Positions 1 to 6,497 of a DNA stretch of 37,622 bases are shown piece after piece. Source of the stretch: a virus; UHGV virus genome UHGV-0369712. One strand, given 5' to 3'. Positions within the stretch are counted from its first letter, which is position 1. The number at the start of each line of letters is the position of its first letter. Both the position numbers and the translations under genes were made by a program. The notes below the pieces were generated by a model. That model ran no database searches and was not told where the DNA came from. It saw only the letters and a program-made list of their open reading frames with translations.

Positions 1-44
1 TCACGACACTGCTTATTGCTTTGATTTTATTCTTATCTTTCCCA

Positions 45-99
45 TGGTACCCGGAGCGGGACTTGAACCCGCACAGCGCGAACGCCGAGGGATTTTAAA
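45..99 (-). tRNA. tRNA-Leu(UAA) 3' fragment (anticodon loop through CCA, ~55 nt) = prophage attachment-site core; not a complete tRNA
   Basis: Reverse complement reads ...TTTAAAATCCCTCGGCGTTCGCGCTGTGCGGGTTCAAGTCCCGCTCCGGGTACCA: T-arm GCGGG/TTCAAGT/CCCGC, long variable arm, acceptor 3' strand and CCA; matches the E. coli leuZ 3' end as I recall it. Similarity breaks at pos 100, so the 5' half is absent. Confidence 0.7.
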
Positions 100-205
100 A
101 ACTATCAACCACCATTTATAAATCATAACCTTATGATTTTATTAACTTTGGAAATGGCTCTATACAACGCCATTTGAATCTATTGTCACTTTTTATCGCC
201 ACTTT

Positions 206-1207
206 TTACCCTCTATTGTCAAAAGGGTTCAATTCAACAGCAGCCTCTAAATGACCTGGAGCAAAATGCGCATAACGCATAGTCATTTTTATATCGCTAT
301 GCCCCAGTATTTTTTGCAACACAAGAATATTTCCGCCCCGCATCATAAAATGACTGGCAAACGTGTGACGTAGCACATGAGTTAATTGCCCATCAGGAAG
401 CTCGATCTTCGCTCTCTTAATTGCAGCGTCAAAAGCCTCATAACATGGTGAAAATAGCGCTCCTCGTTTTTTAGGAAGCATAGCCTGCAATTGAGGTGAA
501 ATCGGTACAGTGCGGTTCTTCTTTCCTTTAGTTTTAACAAATGTGATTCGACCGGGCAGTACTTGAGATTGCTTTAATCCTTCTGCTTCACTCCACCGAG
601 CACCCGTCGCAAGCCCAATACGGACAACAACCCCCAAATCTTTATTCCGTGACTCATCACACGCAATCAGAAGGCGTTCAATCTCATCTACATACAGAAA
701 CGCCAGTTCCTTTTCTTCCTCACGAAACTTGCGAATACCAGTCAGGGGGTTTTCACCAGACCACTCCCCAAGGCGCTTCAGTTCGGCAAAAACAGCATGT
801 AGATATGACTGCTCGCGATTAACGGTTGCTTCACTAAGTTTTTTCTTCCCCTTGGGATTCCATTCTCCTGATAGCCTTCTTTCCCGATAAGTAGCAAACA
901 TATTTTTGTCAAACTGAGAAGCAAATGGATCTCCCAGCCTGGAACAAATCGCCTCAAGTTTGACTTTGCGCTCTGCACCAGAGGACAAGGTTTTACCGTA
1001 CATCTCAAACCAACGAGCAATCAACTCAGAAAGACGAGGACCAGAACCATCTTGAAACTCGTCTCCAACTCTACTATTCATTAAACGGCGCTCATAAGAG
1101 AGCGCCTCACTTTTTGTCGCAAACTGTTTACGAATGCGTTTTCCCGATGCCCCGTAGGGATAACATTCGCAAAGCCATTTACCTGATGGAATCTTACGAA
1201 CCGACAT
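206..1207 (-). CDS. int: P2-family tyrosine integrase
   Basis: 333 aa; C-terminal catalytic motifs HxLRHTFAS...GHSDIKMTMRYAH (R-H-R-Y tyrosine recombinase pattern); lies beside the tRNA-derived att core and reads toward it, as in P2. Confidence 0.9.
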   Translation of the reverse strand: MSVRKIPSGKWLCECYPYGASGKRIRKQFATKSEALSYERRLMNSRVGDEFQDGSGPRLSELIARWFEMYGKTLSSGAERKVKLEAICSRLGDPFASQFDKNMFATYRERRLSGEWNPKGKKKLSEATVNREQSYLHAVFAELKRLGEWSGENPLTGIRKFREEEKELAFLYVDEIERLLIACDESRNKDLGVVVRIGLATGARWSEAEGLKQSQVLPGRITFVKTKGKKNRTVPISPQLQAMLPKKRGALFSPCYEAFDAAIKRAKIELPDGQLTHVLRHTFASHFMMRGGNILVLQKILGHSDIKMTMRYAHFAPGHLEAAVELNPFDNRG

Positions 1208-1212
1208 TTTAG

Positions 1213-1560
1213 TTACTTATCACATAAATCAAATGCAGCCTTAGTGACATCCCCCAGACTCTTTTTTAACCCTGGGGCGGCATCATTATCTAGCCAAAAT
1301 GGATTATTGTTATCTAACGGTAACGCACCAAATGTTTTACCTTTTATTCGAGCCAAACCTGTAAGTGCATATAACTTATTATCGTCAAAATTCATCACAT
1401 AAGGATTACCATCAAGACACTGTAATTGAACCTCATCAGTATTAAATGGCCATACCCCATTAAAACTCTCACGTTCAATAGTTTTAAAAGGCATTGCGAC
1501 GGCGGAAAAAGAAAACATAGATAAAAAAGTAACTAATAGTTGAACATTTTTTACTTTCAT
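1213..1560 (-). CDS. small secreted protein (N-terminal signal peptide, two Cys), function unknown; lysogen-side accessory gene
   Basis: 115 aa; hydrophobic N-terminus MKVKNVQLLVTFLSMFSFSAVA followed by a polar mature domain; 6 bp upstream of int on the same strand; AT-rich compared with the phage core. Confidence 0.6.
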   Translation of the reverse strand: MKVKNVQLLVTFLSMFSFSAVAMPFKTIERESFNGVWPFNTDEVQLQCLDGNPYVMNFDDNKLYALTGLARIKGKTFGALPLDNNNPFWLDNDAAPGLKKSLGDVTKAAFDLCDK

Positions 1561-1589
1561 ATCATTACCTCAATTTAGCTCAAGTAAGA

Positions 1590-2240
1590 TTACAAATTAA
1601 AAAACGCCCTAGAAATGACACCGCCTACCAAAACCCCTACGCAGATAAAGAATATTATTTCTTTTGGATAAAGTCGGATTAATTCTGAAGCACGAAGTCG
1701 GACTTCTGGTAAGGTCGAACTCTCTGTGTGGCTTGATGCCGATTGTTGCTCTAACCACGACAATGCAGACTGTAACTGAGAACGAGTAAGATCGTTTAAA
1801 CGTCCTGTACCGAAATTGATATGGCAATACCGCAGAAGTTTTTGTCGAAGTCCACAGTCTTCACTGTTACGTAGTAATAAACTTACAAGAGCCTTACAGG
1901 CATCATGATCTTTACATCGCTCAAGCATTGCATGCAGAAAACTCTCCGCTGTTTTATATTGATTTACTGTCATATCATCAATACCAGCTACACCAATCTC
2001 CGCATGTACTTTTTGCCAAATAATAAACGCTTCAGTATTGCTAGCTTCTGCAATAGCAGCAACCAAGCTATTTAGCTCCTTACGCTGAGCCTTAAGCAAA
2101 GGGCGATCGTCATCATCATTATTCGAAGGGATTGCGATATTGACGGTATGAGAACCATCATATCGCTCTATCTGAATATTCTTTTCGTGAAAATCACGCC
2201 CAGCAACGCGATTGTTTGAACCGTTTGAGTTGACGGCCAT
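1590..2240 (-). CDS. C-terminally membrane-anchored protein, function unknown (candidate superinfection-exclusion or abortive-infection factor)
   Basis: 216 aa; single C-terminal hydrophobic segment IIFFICVGVLVGGVI; N-terminus GSNNRVAGRDFHE repeats the motif at the C-terminus of the upstream repressor; co-oriented with repressor and int. Confidence 0.6.
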   Translation of the reverse strand: MAVNSNGSNNRVAGRDFHEKNIQIERYDGSHTVNIAIPSNNDDDDRPLLKAQRKELNSLVAAIAEASNTEAFIIWQKVHAEIGVAGIDDMTVNQYKTAESFLHAMLERCKDHDACKALVSLLLRNSEDCGLRQKLLRYCHINFGTGRLNDLTRSQLQSALSWLEQQSASSHTESSTLPEVRLRASELIRLYPKEIIFFICVGVLVGGVISRAFFNL

Positions 2241-2255
2241 GTCACCTCCCTACTA

Positions 2256-2660
2256 TCACCTACCCTTAGTTTCGTTATAGTCACGACCAGCGATACGGTT
2301 ATTACCACCAGAAATATTTAACTCACGTCCTGATGGCTGAGTTTCCTTTTCACTGATCGCACCTTTTAAAGCCCCAATCACCGCGTTTTTCACATCTAAC
2401 GAAGCTGCTCGAAAGCGAGTAATCAACTCCTGCTCATCATCGTTATAAGTTTCAGGTGAGTGAATTCCCAACACAACATACTGAACATCAAGGCCAAAAC
2501 GAGACAGCGCTGCCAAATACGCAGCATCAGGAAAGCTATCTCCTTTCTCATATCTAAGCTGAGTTAGCTTTTTGACTCCACCAATGTCGCTCATGGCAAC
2601 TTGACTAAGTCCCAATCTTTCCCTTTCCTCACGCAACCGCTGACCAATATCATTTTTCAT
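2256..2660 (-). CDS. XRE-family helix-turn-helix repressor (putative immunity repressor, C/CI position)
   Basis: 134 aa; N-terminal HTH QRLREERERLGLSQVAMSDIGGVKKLTQLRYEKG; transcribed divergently from the early operon, first gene of a leftward repressor-int operon. Confidence 0.75.
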   Translation of the reverse strand: MKNDIGQRLREERERLGLSQVAMSDIGGVKKLTQLRYEKGDSFPDAAYLAALSRFGLDVQYVVLGIHSPETYNDDEQELITRFRAASLDVKNAVIGALKGAISEKETQPSGRELNISGGNNRIAGRDYNETKGR

Positions 2661-2735
2661 ACAAAAACCTTGACAGGTATCTTTTTTGATACCAAAATGA
2701 TTTCACGAGCTATTAGATGATCACAATATACCACT
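2661..2735. promoter_or_regulatory. divergent lysis/lysogeny switch region with a candidate operator
   Basis: 75-bp intergenic region; rightward -35 TTGACA (2670-2675) and weak -10 CAAAAT (2693-2698); perfect inverted repeat GGTATC-N6-GATACC (2676-2693) in the spacer; leftward extended -10-like TGGTATATT on the minus strand around 2722-2736. Confidence 0.5.
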
Positions 2736-2942
2736 ATGAAACAAGTTCTTCACGATACCAGATCACGCATTCCGCGTAACACCGCCACAGGTCCAAGACT
2801 GGCACTTCGGCTGTCCCTCGAGGAGCGAGCCGTCATTGATGAAATGGCAGCTAAAGAACAACGCTCATCCTCTAACATGGCGCGCATGATCTTCCTTCGC
2901 GGCCTAGAGCTAACCCAGAAAGAACAAAACAAATCTTCCTGA
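2736..2942 (+). CDS. ribbon-helix-helix (Arc/CopG-like) small regulator, Cro/Apl-like position
   Basis: 68 aa; RLALRLSLEERAVIDEMAAKEQRSSSNMARMIFLRGLE resembles RHH DNA-binding proteins; first gene of the rightward early operon. Confidence 0.55.
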   Translation: MKQVLHDTRSRIPRNTATGPRLALRLSLEERAVIDEMAAKEQRSSSNMARMIFLRGLELTQKEQNKSS

Positions 2943-2958
2943 TCAGGAGGCTAGTGGG

Positions 2959-3162
2959 ATGTCAGGTATAACCATCAATATCAATGTGAATGCCCCCTAT
3001 GTATCCCTGCAGAAATATGCAGAGATAACAGGTATCCCTCTTAATACATGCAAAAAGATGTTGGCTGACGGTCGAATTATTATCCGCCCCAAACGCGCCA
3101 AAATGGAAAAGCCTGAAGTAAACCTTGTGGCGATGTTAAAAGACGCTTTGGCTAACAGCTAA
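2959..3162 (+). CDS. Cox/AlpA-like HTH regulator (excisionase/transcriptional regulator)
   Basis: 67 aa; APYVSLQKYAEITGIPLNTCKKMLADGRI resembles the P2 Cox / AlpA-family HTH; RBS GGAGG upstream. Confidence 0.6.
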   Translation: MSGITININVNAPYVSLQKYAEITGIPLNTCKKMLADGRIIIRPKRAKMEKPEVNLVAMLKDALANS

Positions 3163-3183
3163 AACAATGAACAGAGCACCATC

Positions 3184-3534
3184 ATGAAAAAAAACGCTAA
3201 TAATCCATACTCCAAATTTCGTAATGGCGTAGAACGCCATGTACACCACGTCGCTACCAGTGCATCACGTAGTAACAGTCGCTATAACCTGAACGAGACG
3301 CACGCAACACCGGATGGCCACGCTGTAAAACAAATCGGCGAGCATGCCTGGCTGATTGAGAAAGCTGGAATCGTGGTCCACAAATGCCCACGCAATCCAT
3401 TTACCGGAAACCGCATTTTTGCATTGAACTGCGGCGACAATCACTTCGGGCAGGATTTCACATTATACGAAGCACTTCGCACGGTTGATCGTCTGCTTCG
3501 CGGGCAAAGTTTTATTAAACAGGCTGATTTATAA
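3184..3534 (+). CDS. hypothetical early protein
   Basis: 116-aa ORF in the co-directional early operon; no recognisable motif. Confidence 0.5.
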   Translation: MKKNANNPYSKFRNGVERHVHHVATSASRSNSRYNLNETHATPDGHAVKQIGEHAWLIEKAGIVVHKCPRNPFTGNRIFALNCGDNHFGQDFTLYEALRTVDRLLRGQSFIKQADL

Positions 3535-3544
3535 CAGGTGCTTT

Positions 3545-3823
3545 ATGACCAAAGAGCATGCACAAGGTGTATTTATCCGTTTTATTGATTTTCGCGGTGA
3601 ACTGTTATTACGCGCATCAGCCATTGACGGAGTTGTTCCATCCGAAAAAAACGCAGCTACTTACGTTTATCTGAACGGTACGCGCCTGACTGTGGAGCTT
3701 CCGTACCAGACCGTACGAGAAATCATTAGCGAAGCTGAAAAGGCACGTCAGGTTAATGGCGATGAACCCTATATCGAAATTATTTGTATGGATTCAGAAG
3801 CTGAAATTCAGAAAGCAGATTAA
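3545..3823 (+). CDS. hypothetical early protein
   Basis: Internal ATG at 3545 (MTKEHAQG...) preferred over the track start at 3485, which overlaps the previous gene; 92 aa. Confidence 0.5.
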   Translation: MTKEHAQGVFIRFIDFRGELLLRASAIDGVVPSEKNAATYVYLNGTRLTVELPYQTVREIISEAEKARQVNGDEPYIEIICMDSEAEIQKAD

Positions 3824-3834
3824 AGGGCGTTGCG

Positions 3835-4077
3835 ATGGGCAAAGAATATAAAACTCTCATTAACAAAGCACTTGAACGATTTTATTTTCGCTTAAGTGCA
3901 TCAGGCGCTCATGCTGAACATGCAGCCCGTGATTCATTGACCAGGGCAATCCGGAGTTTGTATGACGTTGCTTTTTACGCTGATGATCTGGATGCACTGA
4001 ACGAACTTTCCGAGCTGATCTGTGCCGCAGAATGCGGGGAACACATTGAACCGTATAAGCTGGGGAATATCGCATGA
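3835..4077 (+). CDS. hypothetical early protein
   Basis: 80-aa ORF in the operon; stop overlaps the next ATG (ATGA). Confidence 0.5.
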   Translation: MGKEYKTLINKALERFYFRLSASGAHAEHAARDSLTRAIRSLYDVAFYADDLDALNELSELICAAECGEHIEPYKLGNIA

Positions 4078-4187
4078 GTATATTTATCTCATGGCTTGTT
4101 CTGATTATTTCGGTGGCCTGCGCCATTGGGATTATGCGAATTATTCATTCAGTAAAAAAGATTGAACGCTTTTTCACTGACAAATAA
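4074..4187 (+). CDS. small hydrophobic membrane peptide (37 aa)
   Basis: ATG at 4074 in an ATGA overlap with the upstream stop; MSIFISWLVLIISVACAIGIMRIIHSVKKIERFFTDK has one TM helix; below the ORF-track length cutoff. Confidence 0.4.
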   Translation: MSIFISWLVLIISVACAIGIMRIIHSVKKIERFFTDK

Positions 4188-4279
4188 CAGCTTAAACAAA
4201 ACACCAGATTAAACCTGAAAACCTGAAAACTATCCGCATTCGCGGAGGTATTCGCACACGTAAATAACGGAGATATAAA

Positions 4280-4696
4280 ATGAACGCAAAAGAAAAAAAT
4301 ATTATCAATACATTAAAAATAGTGTCAGCAGAGCAAGACAAGCTGTCCAGGGCAGCCCAGAAAGATAATCAACATATGGCAGCGCTTTACGCACTGACCA
4401 TCGCAATAGCCACCTCTGAAGCAGCCAAAATTATTGAGGAACAGAGCAAAGAAATCGACACTCTTAAAACACAGTCAACAGTTGCAGCCATGAATCCGTC
4501 CAGCATTGGACGCCGCATTTACATTCTTGGTTCGGCAATAATGACGCAATACACCATTATTGCCGAACTGCACGGCAAATACCTGATAACGCCTTACCAC
4601 ACAAAAGAGTCAGAGCTTCTGACAAATCTCCGCCTGATAGAACGATCTCAAGCTGTATTCATTGATGACGCGCAACGTGCCGTATTTAACGCATAG
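4280..4696 (+). CDS. hypothetical early protein
   Basis: 138 aa; GGAG RBS 8 nt upstream; coiled-coil-like N-terminus. Confidence 0.55.
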   Translation: MNAKEKNIINTLKIVSAEQDKLSRAAQKDNQHMAALYALTIAIATSEAAKIIEEQSKEIDTLKTQSTVAAMNPSSIGRRIYILGSAIMTQYTIIAELHGKYLITPYHTKESELLTNLRLIERSQAVFIDDAQRAVFNA

Positions 4697-4719
4697 GGTT
4701 ACTGGACAAAGGGGGCGCA

Positions 4720-4923
4720 ATGGCAATTAAGCATTTTCCCGTCATTCGCTTTACCTCCAGAGGGCGCGAATACGAGGTCGACGAACGCCTGATTACCACT
4801 ATCGACAAACATCGTTCGGAAAAGGATGCACACCACATCTACCTCACTGACGGCACTTACTTCTGCGCCACCAACGTGGCGCGGGTGAATCTTATCCGAC
4901 AGGTACAGGAGCCACGCAAATGA
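4720..4923 (+). CDS. hypothetical early protein
   Basis: 67-aa ORF; stop overlaps the next start (ATGA at 4920). Confidence 0.5.
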   Translation: MAIKHFPVIRFTSRGREYEVDERLITTIDKHRSEKDAHHIYLTDGTYFCATNVARVNLIRQVQEPRK

Positions 4924-5186
4924 CCATTCTGGACTACATCACTACACATCCGGGTTGTAGCGGCGGAGAAATCGCCGCAGCACTGAACACCCCAACCACA
5001 GCTATTAATGCTGAGTTACGCCGACTTTGGCGCGGCGGCTTAGTCATCAGAACAAACCGCAGCACAGGTGGTCGCGCTCGCAAAACTGGAGGCCAGGCTT
5101 CTTACCACGTAAACCCGATGCCGTTCGGGTGTAGCAATCCACTTACTCACATGTTTAACCAGCTACTGAAGGAAGCCAGAACATGA
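4920..5186 (+). CDS. small putative winged-helix DNA-binding protein
   Basis: 88 aa; GGEIAAALNTPTTAINAELRRLWRGGLV helix-turn-helix-like; translationally coupled to its neighbours. Confidence 0.5.
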   Translation: MTILDYITTHPGCSGGEIAAALNTPTTAINAELRRLWRGGLVIRTNRSTGGRARKTGGQASYHVNPMPFGCSNPLTHMFNQLLKEART

Positions 5187-5482
5187 GCACCACCAACCAC
5201 CAGAAGCTACGCGAACTGGCATTTGCCCTGCAACGAATGGCAACTCCTCAAAAATTACTGGCATTTCGCGCAATGCTCTCGCCGTCTGCTGTGCTGGCAC
5301 TGCTGGATCAGCTGGAGCACGCCAGAACCACGGCTCCTGCCATTCGCCTGACGCTCCATCATGAAATCGCTGATTTCTGCGCAACGCTGGGGGCACCTGG
5401 CGAACCGGAAACGCCGGAAGCAATGCAGCAAGAGCTGCTGCAACGCATTGACAAGGTTTTTGATTTTTTTCTGAACCAGTAA
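5183..5482 (+). CDS. hypothetical early protein
   Basis: 99-aa ORF; ATGA overlap with the upstream gene; followed by an untranslated structured region. Confidence 0.5.
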   Translation: MSTTNHQKLRELAFALQRMATPQKLLAFRAMLSPSAVLALLDQLEHARTTAPAIRLTLHHEIADFCATLGAPGEPETPEAMQQELLQRIDKVFDFFLNQ

Positions 5483-5573
5483 GAAGCCAGAACATGCACA
5501 CACAAAAAAACCGCTTGCCATGCCGCAATCGGTCAGGTTACATTTCCGCTGCACCTCATAAAACGGGTGCCGG

Positions 5574-5798
5574 GATTCTCAACCCGATACAGAGCAAAGC
5601 GCATAACCGCGCCAGCGGTTTTTTTGTGCGTACTGTATTGCCACGTCTTTTTCGCGTCAGAATTATGGCGGGGCGTACGGGGCCGACTTCGGTCGGGCCG
5701 GATTCTTTGCTCTCCGGTGTTGAGAACCCTGTACGTCTCGCCACCCCGAGATTCTCAACTCTGGATGGTGAGCTATTTCTATCACCGAGCAAAGAGGC
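5574..5798 (+). promoter_or_regulatory. structured untranslated region: three copies of paired boxes (GATTCTCAAC / GAGCAAAG) in direct and inverted orientation around a terminator and the next gene's RBS
   Basis: Direct unit at 5574-5599, inverted unit at 5705-5726, direct unit at 5750-5794; the inverted unit can pair with either direct unit; the last box overlaps the Shine-Dalgarno (AAAGAGG, 5791-5797) of the ORF starting at 5805. Confidence 0.45.
5605..5627 (+). terminator. rho-independent terminator within the early operon
   Basis: AACCGCGCCAGCGGTTTTTTT: GC stem (CCGC/GCGG) followed by a T7 run. Confidence 0.6.
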
Positions 5799-5804
5799 CA
5801 CACC

Positions 5805-6035
5805 ATGGCAAACCGCAAACAACAGCGCGCATACGCTGCGCGTCGTCACATCCAGACTGAAATCAACCGTAGACTTTTCCGCACATCACGCGTCGCGCAA
5901 ATCATGCACATCAATATGCTGCATGAGCGCAGCCACGCGCTATCGAACATCTATTCCGCCTCTGTTTTCAGCTATCTGGCGGATGATCTGCGCGAGCTGC
6001 AACAACTCTTCCAGCAGCAAAACAAACTCCATTAA
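5805..6035 (+). CDS. small basic protein, function unknown
   Basis: 76 aa, Arg-rich N-terminus (MANRKQQRAYAARRH...); SD 7 nt upstream; sits immediately after the structured region. Confidence 0.5.
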   Translation: MANRKQQRAYAARRHIQTEINRRLFRTSRVAQIMHINMLHERSHALSNIYSASVFSYLADDLRELQQLFQQQNKLH

Positions 6036-6107
6036 TTCCTGTTCCGGGCCTTTCCTGCACCTTGCGGCGGGAGGCCTTCGCACATCTGTAGTAAAGAGAA
6101 TTGCAGC

Positions 6108-6497
6108 ATGATTGACGCTCATGACTTCACAAGATGGGTGCGCACACAGGACACCCGTCTGGCTCCCGTTCTTCAGGGATTATTTGATCTCTACATCCGT
6201 GGTCGTGACAACAGAGCACGCACCACAAAACCGGAGAATGCAGACACCCTTTATTTCACAGTAGACGACTGCTACCGCGTGGACTTCACACCACACGGGC
6301 TGGCGTTGCACTGCCTGACACCACACGGAGAATCACTGCTGGCGTATTACGACTCCCCGGCCTCCGTATTTGCGGCAATGCTGGCGCATCGCACTGCTGG
6401 CGGGTGTGCCTCGCTGAGTGAATACACCGCTGAATTTAACCGCCTTTCTGCCCTGTTCTCGCAGGAGTGGCAGCGCGTGACGGGATACCAGCCATGA
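6108..6497 (+). CDS. hypothetical protein upstream of the replicase
   Basis: 129-aa ORF; stop overlaps the A start (ATGA at 6494). Confidence 0.5.
   Translation: MIDAHDFTRWVRTQDTRLAPVLQGLFDLYIRGRDNRARTTKPENADTLYFTVDDCYRVDFTPHGLALHCLTPHGESLLAYYDSPASVFAAMLAHRTAGGCASLSEYTAEFNRLSALFSQEWQRVTGYQP

Noticed and set aside
5629-5648. Possible LexA (SOS) box TACTGTATTGCCACG downstream of the early terminator
   Set aside because: Has the CTGT half but lacks the ACAG partner at the correct spacing; no Tum-like antirepressor gene is evident.
5494-6111. 205-aa ORF spanning the structured intergenic region and overlapping the 76-aa ORF
   Set aside because: Crosses an intrinsic terminator and repeat boxes, has odd composition and no RBS; treated as non-coding with the smaller in-context ORF (5805-6035) retained.
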